Origin: Chrysomallon squamiferum
Lineage: Eukaryota; Animalia; Mollusca
Length of the DNA stretch: 64,000 bases
Direction: 5' to 3'
Assembly (NCBI GenBank): GCA_012295275.1
Contig: CM022665.1
Coordinates: 10,044,001 to 10,108,000, forward strand
The position numbers and the translations under genes were made by a program. Each line of letters starts with the position of its first letter. Position 1 is the stretch's first letter. Positions 29,938 to 47,463 of the stretch are shown here, in pieces. The notes under the pieces are model-generated. The model was not told where the DNA came from. It did no database searches and saw only the letters and a list, made by a program, of their open reading frames with translations.

Positions 29938-30955
29938 ATATGAAGACACAGTAGAAAATATACTAAAATAATACTGAATGTTATAACAGTTTTTTTTTAT
30001 TCCTTTTTGGGTTTTTTCCTCTCCCACTGTTTATTAAGTTCTTCATTGGATCAAACCCTTAAACGAATTCATCCTTTCAAAAGTTAATAGGCATATTATT
30101 TAAAATTTCGCGTCTTTATTTTCGCCTTCTCCGTTCCGCAGTTTTTCCCATCGACGAATGAATTGTAGGTTGAATTCACTGACACGAAATAAAACTTTAA
30201 ACGCAGGATAGAAGACAATGCATGCGAACTGATAAGGTGTATCAGATATGTGTTAATGTGTTGTTTATGTATAAAATAACAGCGGAACAACAGAACGATG
30301 ACTTACGGCAAAATGACCTCTTGCAACCTCCGCTGATCTCAGATGACCGCTGACCCAAGCAATGAACTCAAGGCCACTGATATTAATTTTCATGTCTTCC
30401 ATTGAATTCGTAGATCTTAACAGATACTGAGTACTTTGTAGCGACTTTGTATTATTATTATTATTATTATTATCATCGTAATGATAATCGCCCGTCATCA
30501 TCATCTTCTGCATTATCAATATCTTCTATCATATCTTCTTCTTATCATCATCATCGTCATTATACGTTATTTTTCTTTTTTCTTAATCGTAACGATATGT
30601 GTCGTCATCATCGTTTTCTGAATTTTAGTACTGAATTTTAGTATCTTCATACATTCCTTTTTCTATTTCAGCCGTGTGTATCTCCTTTTCAGAAATTGTA
30701 GTTTCGCCCCTGCATACAATAGTTTAATTATTTCGAATAATGACATTTTGATTATCTCCGTTAGCCACGGGGATTATCTTTTATTACTAATGTCGCGTGT
30801 CAGACGACTTCAAACAATATAATAACAAAAAATATATTTTTTTTTGTTATTGGATATTCTTTTGTTCGTGAGTAACAGTCATTACTGCTTTTAGTGATAT
30901 GCATAAATTCCATAGAGGCATAAACAGTAATGATTATAGTAGCTATAGCTGTATT

Positions 30956-31692
<737 letters not shown>

Positions 31693-33093
31693 GTACATGT
31701 ATAAGTGTATGTAAACTAAACTCCTCCCCGATCCCTACATTAGAAAACCAAGCAATATTCTCGTTCCCAGTAGTTCCACCGAAATGTGAGAAGTGATTGC
31801 TCAGTCAGCTTAGATAGCCCAAATCTTTTAATGTTTCTGAAGGTGGTGCATGACAATATTTTGGTGGGGCTTGAGGATTCAGAATTAATAAATGAATATA
31901 TGATCGCTTTCATAGCTATACATTTTCAAATTTTGAAAGATTGACTGGAGGATAGCGTCTAAACACTGTTTCACTGCGCCCTTGTTAGAGAATATGTCGT
32001 TAAGGCGCATCCTTAACTAACTGAACCCTGTTATATTACTATGACTCGACGAATATATACATAGTATATACTTTAATGTCTCCAATGATGGTGAGGTGTA
32101 CGATGTTTTTTTTTTTTTCTTCTTTGTAAATCGAATTGGGGCATGGGAAAAAAATATAGGTTGAGAAATAATGATTTATGACTGTATGCAGTGCTAATTT
32201 CTCACCGCAGCATGCAGTATATGCATTTCTTTAATCCATTCAATTTGTCATTTATTTGTTAGCTTGAATCGTATCTTTCAAAGTTCATCTTTTGATAACT
32301 TGCTTTAAAAAACTAAAAATGTATTTTCGTTATCGGAATTTCAAAATTAAAGGGGTATAACTCTTCTAAAAACGTTTTACGTCTGAATGAAGTTATTGCG
32401 CCTGAATGTTTTTGAAACTTTTTTATTTTTGCATTTAAACCCTTTTCTAAGTGATATTTAAAACACGTTCTTTATCACAGTTTTTCCTTACAAAAATATC
32501 TGTGTTTCAAAATAATAATTATTATAGTGCAGTTTGTTTAAAGTATATAACCAACTAAAACTTAATATAAAGAATTATTATTTATATATTTGTTTTTTAA
32601 ATAATTCTTTATTTATAAAAGTTACAAATAAACATATAGGAAAGTTCAACACTGTCTACGTCTTGCATGATATATTTTATATAGGTACTGCTTATTTTTC
32701 ACCTGCTGTTAAAAATTCTAAATCCTCACCTAGGAATAGTTAGTAAATATTTATGTACTTATGACCAAGTATTCTGTCAAAGCGAATGTGTTAGGAACTG
32801 TATCATCGTTATTAATAATAAAGCATTTGTCGGCTTGAAATATCAACGCCTAGAAACTTCGGTGTAGTAAACGAGTTCGAGGTCGTTACCCCTAGCAACA
32901 AACAGCAAACCAGTTTCATAGTAATTTAAAACTACAAACTTTATTATTCCAATGCTTTACATAAAAAAATATTTATTTATGAATAATGTAAAATATAAAA
33001 CATTTTACAAAGTTCTGTTCTTTTCACTGAAATAGTATAATCCACTTTTCTAAAAAGCTGTTAATACAATTGTATACTTAAGAAAAAAAATGT

Positions 33094-33519
33094 TTAACTA
33101 ATTTTATTACATTTAAGACTTTGCATAATTTTCTCAGTCCCTTCGGGGGGTATATCTTTCACTCTCTTCTTGTCTTTCAGATAATCGTTTTTAAGAATTC
33201 TCCAGAACAGCCTGCAGTTGGTGATGTATATAACTAATGTTGAAGCTGTTATGTAGGCGTGCGAGAGCAGCGGAATTTTCCCGTAGAAGTGAAATAACAC
33301 GGCGTACGCTGACCAGACTAATGGTACAAATCGGAACATGACGAAGGTAACTATGTTAATCGCTAGTACCGCTCTGTAAAATGACAGATGAGTCAACCTG
33401 GCCATCTGCAGTATCTTGCGAAGATGAAGGAACACTGTGTTGATTTCACAGATCAGACCCAGCACAATGTAGGGAATGCAGATTCTCAGTGTTATGTTGT
33501 GATATAGCAACGCCATGAC
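33094..33519 (-). CDS. TLCD-like copy A exon 4 (terminal)
   Basis: VMALLYHN...CEINTVFLHLRKILQM...KCNKIS*; poly-T tract plus CACAG acceptor at 33520. Confidence 0.92.
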   Translation of the reverse strand, partial: VMALLYHNITLRICIPYIVLGLICEINTVFLHLRKILQMARLTHLSFYRAVLAINIVTFVMFRFVPLVWSAYAVLFHFYGKIPLLSHAYITASTLVIYITNCRLFWRILKNDYLKDKKRVKDIPPEGTEKIMQSLKCNKIS

Positions 33520-33603
33520 CTGTGAAAAAAAAAAAAAAAAAAAAATAAATAAATAAATAAAAATAAAATAATAATAATAAGGAGAAGAATAATAAATAAA
33601 TAA

Positions 33604-33634
<31 letters not shown>

Positions 33635-35327
33635 TTAAAGAAATCAAAAGTAATAATAACATTTTTTAAAAACAAACAAATAAATAAATTTAAAAAAAAA
33701 AAACACAAAAAAAAAAAAAAACATAACGGAATCAATAATCTACACTGGGTTTGGGAATTAACTGCAAAATCAGTTATAAAAATACAGTGGCTAAATAAAT
33801 GAATTTATGAATATTTGTTAAGCGATATATCGGTTAAATTTTAATTTTGAGTTATATTTTAAATTTTAAGAGGTGCAAATACAATGAATAAATGAGTGAA
33901 CGAGAGGATGAGTGAATAAATATATGAATGAAAGAATATGCGACTTAATGAATATTGGTTAAACGACATCTCCATATATTTTAACATAAAACTCGATTAC
34001 AGAAACGCGATGAATAAACTAGTAAAATTGAATGTATGAATGAATGGATGGACGAATGAATAGATTGATGAAGATTTATTTAACGATACCTCAGTATATT
34101 TTAACGTAAACCTGGTTATGGAAATGCAGTGAGAAAATGAACGAATCAATAAATGATTTGTTTAACGATCCTCGATGCATTTTATTACAAACCTTATTAC
34201 TGTCTGGCATATTTTGAACGAAGGTAACTCAAGAGAGGTAAACCGATACCTCAAGGTGACGAATATTTAAAAGCCAGTTCATGAGAATCTAAAGTCTTTT
34301 ATAAGCTAATTCGTGAGTAGCATGATCTTTGTTTGTTTTACATTTAAGATTAAAAAATAAAAATAAAAAATAAAAAATTATTACAAAACGACATAGATAA
34401 AATCTTTAATATTAAAACAAGGCTATCTGCAGTTTACTATCCATCTCGTCAATGGCACTGCACTCACTCACAAATCGTTACAATCAAACTACTTACACCA
34501 ACATGGTGACTTATAATATCAGTTAGCGATGATTCCTCCGCCGTCAACAGCATATCAAAAAAATCGAAGGTAAAGTATCCTGAAAGAAAATTAAAATTAC
34601 TTGTTAAAACTCTTCGTCAACTAACAGTTCTTAATTTGCAAGATCTATGTGAAATGCTTGACATTTTTATTTCACAGACATATATGTTCATATATGCTAT
34701 ACTTACCTGATTTGTATAAAGCTCGACATTTTTATTATTTTAATTTTCAATTTATTTATTTATTTATTTTGCTTTTGTTTTATTTATTTATTTATTTATT
34801 ATTATTATTTTTTTTTTTTTAAAAAAATTATTTAAATAATAATAATAATATTTAAAATTCGTTCTAAATAAGCAGCCCACTTTGTACAACTAAGTCACGT
34901 TTTAGTTCAAGTTCATATACAAGCTAGTATGTTAGTAGGTTAGATAAAGGATTTGAGTGCTGGTTCATTACATCTATACTATTTTATCTTGTCTTACCTA
35001 AGTGACTCAACTCTTTTTCCGCTCTTTATCTACATTTTACGTGTAAGTATTTCGTAACTGTACAACCTATTTTGTTTAATCCCGAACTGGACGAGTTATG
35101 TAATATGCATCAATACTGACGCATTCCGTATATTTCCGTTGCAACGATCGGACTTATGTCAGTTATTGTTTTCATAATTCAATTTAATATATCTTAAAAA
35201 CTATGTTGTTTTGGTGGTCTCTCTACAAATGCCCTAAATACATTACTTGGAAGGTTTTCAAATTCTTGCTTTATTTGTTTAATACAGGGAAGTGAAGATC
35301 TAATGACGTAATTTTACACAGAGAAAT

Positions 35328-35369
<42 letters not shown>

Positions 35370-35499
35370 TAAATAAATAAATAAATAAATAAATTCCGAC
35401 AAAACGTTCTCTCAGACTACAAATAAAAGTTACTATTAAGAAATGACGTCATCAAAAAATGAATAACTTTTGTTATACGTTATCAATAGTACAAAGGTT

Positions 35500-35534
<35 letters not shown>

Positions 35535-36740
35535 ACGTATACAAAATGTATTTAGGCTGTTTGTTTTGTACCATCAAAACTTCACTAACAGTTTATTCCG
35601 TTACTTAAATAATAAGATTATTTCCAGCATCTTGTTGAATACTTATGACAGTTCTTACCAACTGACATACAAACAGTTAGATAGACCAATGGGCTGCCTT
35701 CTACGGAAAGATCTTTGAAATCATCAGGATAGAATACGAAACTGTGAAGTAAAAATTATGTGTGTAAAACATGACATTTATAAACATAAACACACGCTTG
35801 CGAACACGATCACACATACATATTTACACATATAGTCACATTCTCTCAATAATTAACACACGCATGCGCTCAGGCACATACAGATACACAAAATAAAATA
35901 AAAAATAAATTATATACTACATCTACCACTACTGCTGCTGCTACTACTGCTACTACTACTACTATTACTACAGCTACTACTAATACTGCTGCTGCTACTA
36001 CTACTACTATTACTACAGCTACTGCTAATACTGCTGCTGGTACTGCAGCTACTACAGCTACAGCAACAACTACTATTATTATTATTACTACTACTGTTAA
36101 TTATACAAATAAATAAAGAGACAGAGGATTATATACTAGTGATGTACTTGACATTTATTTAAAAAAAAATTATTATTATTTATTTTTTTTAATGTCGGAG
36201 TATCTAAATGAGTGGGCATACTCAGAGATTCCAGAGCTGGTCTGAAATTTCCTGTGTCGTAAAATCACGCATCATTAGTTCGATACTTGCTCTTCCAACC
36301 CGTATTCACGGTTGGGTTTACCAAAGTGCATGGTACGCCTTTTTATGTGTTTGGAATAAATACAGTCATGAAACGCCCTGTTAACATTTATGTGAATCGA
36401 TAAGGAGTAGCCAATGCGTATGTTCTCTTTCATAAACATTTTATATGAAACGAATAAGTGACAACGGATAAATGTTAAGGTTTAAATTTAAAACGTGCTA
36501 TGATAACATTTAGCAAGATTTCGTTTATACGCACAGGACGATCATTTTTGTGTATCAGTTTATCTACTGTTTTAGTTGTAAATCATCAGTACAACAGTAC
36601 AGAATTCAATAACAATAAAATAAAATACAATTATAAATAAATAAATAAATAATTAATTAAAAATATTCATTATTAAATCAACGATTAAGATTTTTAAAAT
36701 GTTTACTGCCGGAGGGAGGGGGAAAGACGATGAATAATAA

Positions 36741-36794
<54 letters not shown>

Positions 36795-37106
36795 AATAAA
36801 TAAATAAATTAATTAATTAATTAATAAGAAAAAGAAGAAAAAACCAAAAATACACGTCAGCTATTGCATTTTTTAATTAATACAAATCAAACAGTGGATT
36901 ATTAATTAATATTTAACTACTGCTTACCTACAAATGGAACCGGCTGCACATATGTACGCATGGACGGACGACACCACGTAGCTGTTCCACTTTTTCACAT
37001 CTTTTGTAACACACTTCGGGTGCCTCGTGTATTTAACCACAAACTTCACCAGCACGAAAAACAACGTAGACAGCAGGGAAATGCCAAGACCGTATTGTAT
37101 CTCCAT
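33094..37106 (-). CDS. TLCD2: TLC (TRAM/LAG1/CLN8) domain protein, TLCD1/TLCD2-like, copy A, 256 aa; exons 37106-36928, 35741-35659, 34579-34497, 33519-33094
   Basis: Exons of 179+83+83+426 nt with GT-AG introns of phase 2,1,0. Multi-pass hydrophobic protein with TLC motifs W-N...VS.VHA, GYFTFDFFDM, HH, EINTVFLHLR and FVMFR. TLCD2 versus TLCD1 orthology is not resolvable by eye. Confidence 0.9.
33885..34260 (-). mobile_element. Three consecutive SINE 3'-end-like units in intron 3 of TLCD copy A
   Basis: (GAAT)n tail followed by TT(A/T)AACGA..C..A..ATTTT recurs near 33955, 34077 and 34158. Confidence 0.4.
34497..34579 (-). CDS. TLCD-like copy A exon 3
   Basis: 83 nt, GYFTFDFFDMLLTAEESSLTDIISHHVG; acceptor TTTCAG, donor T|GTAAGT. 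Confidence 0.9.
35659..35741 (-). CDS. TLCD-like copy A exon 2
   Basis: 83 nt, FVFYPDDFKDLSVEGSPLVYLTVCMSV; acceptor TCACAG, donor G|GTAAGA. Confidence 0.88.
35915..36095. repeat. (CTA/CTG)n compound trinucleotide repeat, intronic
   Basis: Direct. Confidence 0.85.
36928..37106 (-). CDS. TLCD-like copy A exon 1
   Basis: MEIQYGLG...KKWNSYVVSSVHAYICAAGSIC; donor AG|GTAAGC. Confidence 0.9.
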
Positions 37107-37235
37107 AGCTTTAATGATGTTTCCTTTCCGTGCATCAATATAGCTGTATATTAATGCTCAGTTTTTCGCTAATTCCGTTTCCCCGGCATTCAGAAACAGT
37201 GAAGTTACTTCTGTTAATAAAGCAAACCAATCAAC

Positions 37236-37293
37236 AATACTTAGGGTGAAAGGTCACTGCACTTTGTTTTCAGCAGTTTAAGATTATCACGTG
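37236..37293 (-). promoter_or_regulatory. Proximal promoter block of TLCD copy A: DR1-like GGGTGA-A-AGGTCA, HNF4-like TGCACTTTG, E-box ATCACGTG
   Basis: 130-190 bp upstream of the ATG; core alignable to the equivalent block of copy B. Confidence 0.45.
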
Positions 37294-38735
37294 TGGCGTT
37301 ATCGACATAATTATTATGCGTACACAGTTTGTTAACACACAGATAGAAGAATATCGTTCATTTAGCTGGAGCAGTACCGAATTCTCGGTCCGTTTATGGT
37401 CATGTTATATACATTTTTATTAATATGTTGTTGTTGTTGTTGTTGTTGTTGTTTTGTTTTTTTATAAATATTGGCTGCCAGATTATCATTTTACGTAAAT
37501 CTGAAGTTTTCAACAATAACAACAACAGCAAACAAACAAACAAAAAAACAAAAAAACACGCTAATACTAATATCTGTCTATAAATAAATGGTGAATTATA
37601 ATAATAATAATTATTATTTAATCAATAGTAACGTAATAAATTTTAATTAAAAAAATATCTTAAAATATATTAATATAAATAAATCATTTGTAACTAGATG
37701 ATGAAAGAATGAACAATAGGGCTTAGAAGTTTATTTATTTTATTTTATTTTATTTACTTACTGCTTCTTCTTCTATTTATTTTTTATTATTATTTCTTAT
37801 CAGTTTATTTACTTATTTATAATATCTCATTTATTTTTTTTAAATATAAATCAAATTACTTTTATGTCAAATGTTTTCAGTTAAGTCAGTTCAAACTGTG
37901 TATTATACTTTCAAAAAATACGTAAGAATATAACCATTTCCTGCCATTTTTAATCAGTGTTATACTTAGTTATCAAGCTTTCAGTTCACGTTTTGTATCC
38001 AAAAATATTTAAAATGATTCAGGTTATTATATTTATTCGGTGTAGAAAGGGCATTATGAAGAAATAACTAATTACAAAAAAAAATAAAAGTGTTGTCTAA
38101 AACACTATAAATTAGCAATGCATTTATAAGTCTAACAGTTCCATTGATTTTGCTGCAGCGAAACCAATTGTTGACAGATTAATAATATTACTAATTTTAT
38201 TTTATTTACAGATATCTGACTGAAAATGAATCGTAAACCGTCATAGAAAATATTTCTATGGATTTATTAATTTTTGATCATTCTAACAGACTTTAACCAC
38301 TTTCTAATCGTGTTATCTTCAAAATTTGTTCAGTTTTATTTTAATTTCGATCAACTCGATCAGTTCATAAACGGACTTTAAAGGCAAATGATTCATTTAA
38401 CGATCAGCTACATATATTTAAAAACAACAACAAAATTAACCTGTAAATAAAACAATTATGCACGTTACTTCACATTTTCGGTTGTTGTTTTGTTTTACAT
38501 TCCCTCAAGCCGGCTAACTTACATGGACAATCTACGTCATATCACGTGATTTCCGGATCTTAAATAAAGAAAGCTTTGGTTTCAGACGGTTACGATACCG
38601 ACTTCCGAATTAAATAAATAATACAACTAAAACTAATACTACTTTTAATAATAATAAACAAGACCATGCGAATGCGTTAAAACCATCTACTAAGTATTTT
38701 CAGTACGTTATGTGGTAAGGGTTCCACATCGGCAG

Positions 38736-38773
<38 letters not shown>

Positions 38774-39097
38774 ATTTTCGTGAAACATTCATTTTACGAA
38801 GATAAAAGTATATAAAATCTGTTACCTCGCCAGCTCTAAGTCTTGTGTATGTAACGAAAATAATTTAGATTTTACTCAGTGTTTTCCTACGGATGTCAAC
38901 ACAGCGCTATACATAAGTTATATTACTTAAATGCATTATATTCATACTTGGGTATATCGACTAATGTTATAAATAATCTGAGTATCTGATTTTATTGGGG
39001 GTTTTTTACTTTCTTTTTTTTTTGTGGAGGTTTTTTTCATAATTTTCTTCTTCGTTTTTGTTTTTAAATGTATTTATTAAATATGTTTGTGATGATT

Positions 39098-39190
39098 GGC
39101 AGTCGTATAACATTCATATAAATGTCATAAAACAGCCGTATGACAGTCAAATAATAGTCCTGTAACAGTCACATAACAGTCACGGTAGAG
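39098..39190. repeat. Degenerate 11-bp minisatellite (TAACAGTCACA-like)
   Basis: ACAGTC-like core recurring at ~11-bp period. Confidence 0.55.
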
Positions 39191-40139
39191 ATAACAGCAG
39201 AAACATGGTAATTATCTCTTGGATTGGCGATTGCTAAACAAGCTCCGCAAAATATTGAAAAACAGAAGAAATATATCTGTATTACTTGGCAAGTGCGGAT
39301 TAATAATCTGGATGAAGTAAAAGGGAGACTGTTTCACTGTGGTTAATATAACTTTCAAAATGAAAAATATATAATTATGTTAATAAGTTCCACGTGCGCC
39401 CCTCTCCTAGAGCGAAATCTGTTGACAGCAGTCTGCCCTCTCCTAGTCTCACATATTTAAATTTATTTTATGGAATGATTTAAATACGTTTCAGAATGTT
39501 TAAAGTTAAAAATCAAAACTCTGCGACAAATGATATTTAATATCATCACAACATCAGAAGAGTACGGAGTTGTTGTATGCTTAAATGGTTTTGATCAGAA
39601 TCAAAGCGGCAATTTTATCATCCGGCTGAAGAAATTCTTTCATACAATATCACTCTGGGGTGAAGACGGTCAATGTTTTATAACGTGGCTGTAAGAACAG
39701 CATATTTTTACACGGACAATAACCAACATACACGATGTTCAGAACATGCGCATTTGTACTTGGTAACTCGATGCATTTGTCAGTGTCACAAACACTGTAT
39801 ATGATATCCTTTTTGGCAGTTCACTTAAGTACTTCTTGTACGCTTGTCTTCTATTTTTATGTACAATCCTTCAGAATAAAAATAAAATATTAATTAAAGA
39901 GAAAATTAGGAAAAGTATTAACCTTTCTTTATCAGGATTTTTTAATAATTATTTCTATTTAGTTTACAATAATCTCTGCATCTAAAGCCAAGATCGACCA
40001 TAGAAACTTGTTCTGAAAATTTTAAATTCACGTAACACACAGACATTTTAATTCTTTATTTTTTTTTTTTTTTTTTTTTCATCATCGATACCAGACAGGG
40101 TATCCGTGACAGGCAATCATTTTTAATAATTAAATTACA

Positions 40140-40400
40140 AATATTTATTACGCCACACATAAATACATTTCATAAACAATAATTATTGGGTGTCAAACAT
40201 ACGTTTTTTATATAATGACAGAAATAAACATAATTTAGCTTTTGCTTTCAGAATCTGGTGATGAAAATAAAACTAATTATATATATATATATATAAATAT
40301 ATATGTTTATAATCACAGTTCGTGGAGAAACGGTTCAATGCCAGAGAGGCGCATTAACAGAGTTTGATCCTGCGACTCACTGCACTTGAAATAAGCGGTT
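40140..40400 (-). mobile_element. Degenerate SINE copy
   Basis: 3'-end-like motif near 40145-40200 and reverse tRNA-head-like GTTTGATCCTGCGACTCACTGCAC at ~40362. Confidence 0.3.
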
Positions 40401-42371
40401 CGTTGTAACAACTCGTTCGTGTAAAAGCCATTAGCAGTAGATGCTGTTATACTTTCTCTGACCATTTACTGCAACGGTGCATGCAATCACATCCTGAATA
40501 TCGTATTATCCATGCTGAGTAAATTACAAAACCCATTTTGTTGCCAGCCTACGATTTTAACAGTTTGCTTTCAATCACCATTCAGTAACGGTTAAATCTG
40601 TTTTCTAGGACAAATTGCAAGCCGTCACGAAACGTTATATATATATATTATACAGATAGAAACTAATGTATAAGCAATGTTGCTGTTCTCATTATTGTCA
40701 TCATCATCACCATCATCGTTTTGGTACTAAAAATTAATAATATTGACGTTTTTATGGTGTATGAAATACTTGAAGTTATTGTTATTGTTGTTATTTGTCA
40801 AATGATGTTACCGACATACACAAAATATTTTTTACTTTTTATTTTTTGTTTAAATTTTCAGTCTTACGAAATTATTTGTTGACTTTTAAATGATTATGCA
40901 GAAACTTTTACACAGAGCATGAAACTTACTGCACAACAGAAATTTCTGAAGAAAAAAATCTAAAATATATTTATCCAATTTTAATTTTCACCTGCATGAC
41001 ATTAATTCATTTTAGGACGTCGAAATAATATTTGGCTGATGATGGAAACGGTAACAACGAAAAAATGCACATGTCGTTTTATTAATTCATTATTTATTAT
41101 TTATTTATTTATTTTTAATTTAATTTTTTACTTTAAAGAAGCTATCGCTGAATATAAGGAGGCTTTTAAAATACACTGACTTAGCTAACAAAAGATTAAA
41201 GATGAAGGGAGACTATTCTAGTGATCTCGTTTTAGTCTAATGGAGAAATGAGTACCGGTACTAGGGCAGTAGTATTATTTTATTATTATAAAGGGGGGAG
41301 GGGGACCATGAAGTCGCAGTTTCATTCCTTGCCATAAGCGCTGTTTCCCGTGGATATCTCCTCCCCTCTCAATGGCAGTATTTTTCATTTTGTCCTATGT
41401 ATTTTTGTTCATTTATAATGAAATTCAACCCTCCATCTCTTGTATATTTTGATACAGAAGTGTATACGTATATGTGTGACCGAAGTGTGTGCTTATAAAA
41501 AAATTATTTGAAATAGCTAGCTTAGATTTCTTCTTTTGTTTTTTTATTTCACCATCTTTGTAACACATGGTTTGTGTAAAGTAATGGTGGCAAATAAAAG
41601 AAACACGTTAGTACCTCCTTCCGTTCAGACATGTTAAAAAAAAAAAGAAAATCAGATATTTTCTTAAATGTTTTATCTGATTTAAATTTTTATATTTTTT
41701 AGCTTGTATTATTCATGTAATACGCTTTTAAAATATTATTTTCCATTTCGTTCTTTCAAAGTCAAATAGCAATTTATCAAACGATAAATATTTTATTTAT
41801 TTCTGTATTTATTTATTTATTTATTTGTATGTGGAGTAATTTGAATGCAAACTCAATTACATTAGCGGCTTTTACACGGATTTCATGTATCTCAATAAGT
41901 CTCAGTACTGTCTTTTCACCTCATCGCTCAGCTACATACTTCCAAAAAGCTATTACGTTGTTTTTGAAGATATCAAAATCAATAAATGTTCATCATTCTA
42001 ATAGCTGGATATAAAAACTTTATCAACCACTGCCCATTTTTGAAACGTGGAAGGACCATGTGTCAATGTTTTCCCTACAAAATGACGCCAATAACTGTAA
42101 GTAATACTAATATACAAGTATTTCACGTAAAGTTTAAAATAGCCGAATTGATTATATAGTGTGTTTACAGTAAATATAAACGTAATCTTATCTGTGTTGA
42201 TTGAGATATTATTTGACTTAAGTATAAAAAACAAAGATTTCTGTCTGTAACAGATGTGTAACTGTATTATGATTGCCATTAATGTTGCATTATAAACGTG
42301 GGGAACAAAATACATTTGCAAATTTCGGCTTTATCTGAAAAGTAATAAATTGTATTATCTTATGATTATAT

Positions 42372-42373
<2 letters not shown>

Positions 42374-42447
<74 letters not shown>
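42374..42447. repeat. (CT)n microsatellite
   Basis: Direct. Confidence 0.95.
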
Positions 42448-42449
<2 letters not shown>

Positions 42450-42917
42450 GATTACATTTTAAAATCGAAACACTGTACGTACATACATTTGAATATTCGC
42501 TAGCAGTACAAATGAATATATTGTATATTTACAAACAATGGAATTAAATACATTGCATATTTAGAAACAATACGAATAAATATACTATATCCGCGATTTT
42601 GAACAAAAGAAAACAAATTTTAAAAAATGTGTGTTTTAAATTCCAGAAAAAGAACATCGACATTCCCTCGCGCAACACTTACTATTAAATAGGCTCAAGA
42701 AAAATTAGAATACAATAGTTTTTTTTTTTTTTTTGCATTTCTTATAATACACATAGTTGGGGTTTCAAGTTGTGAACAACTATGAGGTATAGGTACGTCA
42801 GTTTATATAAATGTCCTGAGCAGTTTTGCACATGTGCTGTAACAATGTATCCGTAGACAAGCTGGTTAGACTATATTTACAAGCATCGCAAATGAACATA
42901 CAGTGTATAGATATACA

Positions 42918-43107
42918 AATATAATGTATCAGTAAAATAGAAACTAATTTTGTGATTATAACTGTTAATTTAACATACAGTATATCTACAAATCTAATGT
43001 ATCTAATTTCGTGATTATGACTGTTAATTTAACATACAGGTGTATCTACAAATCTAATGTATCAGTAAAATAGAAACTAATTTTTATGATTATAACAGTT
43101 AATTTCA
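42918..43107. repeat. Local tandem duplication, about three units of 55-70 bp
   Basis: TAATGTATCAGTAAAATAGAAACTAATTTT and GATTAT(A/G)AC(T/A)GTTAATTT recur. Confidence 0.75.
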
Positions 43108-43517
43108 AAGTATAGTTGTATGTGGGAGGAAAAGCCTTTAACATCGTGTCAGCATTAACCATAGCCACGAAATATCTAGACAAATTTAATAACGAAAATA
43201 GTTAAACTGGCGCATATTTCTCTATTTACAGAATTTAAAATATTTTCTAAATGTTTCATGGTTTTCTTTATAATATCTAAATTTTAGCAGACAGAAGTTT
43301 GTTTTATTCTTGAATATAATATTATTCGTAAATATTAAAAACCACTATTTGAATATTATAGCCGTCTCCTTTTCCGAAAATAATATTTTCGCAGATACTT
43401 CAGGAACGTCTAAAGTTTCAGGAATTATTAGTTGTCATTAAATTTATTTATTTATTTATTTATTATTACTATTATTTATTTTTTTGTTTCGTTATTGACT
43501 AAAATATATTCATAAAA

Positions 43518-47028
<3,511 letters not shown>

Positions 47029-47121
47029 TGCGGTCCTCTGAATGTCAGTTTTCTTCTGTTGATAACCAGGTTGTTTCCAAATCCAGCAACAGGTGTTAAC
47101 TAATAACCAAAATCAGGGAAT

Positions 47122-47152
47122 AATATTTAGGTTTAAGGGTCGTGTACTTTGT
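47122..47152 (-). promoter_or_regulatory. Proximal promoter block of TLCD copy B, homologous to that of copy A
   Basis: AATATTTAGGTTTAAGGGTCGTGTACTTTGT versus AATACTTAGGGTGAAAGGTCACTGCACTTTGT in copy A. Confidence 0.4.
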
Positions 47153-47431
47153 CTTAGTTAAAGTTACCATTGTCATATTATCAACATTCACCGACCAAAT
47201 ACATCATTAACAAAGAAAACGGAAGGATCCGCCGCTTAAATCGTTTATCTGAATTTAGTAACAAAGTAAATACCGTGGGTTTATTATCACTATATTACTG
47301 AGATAAGGCAGAATGAACAATAAATTATTTCCCCTATTAAGATTATATTTTCCTAAAAGATATTTGTTTGTATGTAAATTTATTTCAGACCAAAATTATG
47401 TAAACTTAACCTATTTTCTTATAGGAGTCTG

Positions 47432-47463
<32 letters not shown>

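Noticed and set aside
33520-33735. N-terminal 72 aa of the 213-aa ORF
   Set aside because: Low-complexity intron read-through upstream of the true acceptor at 33520
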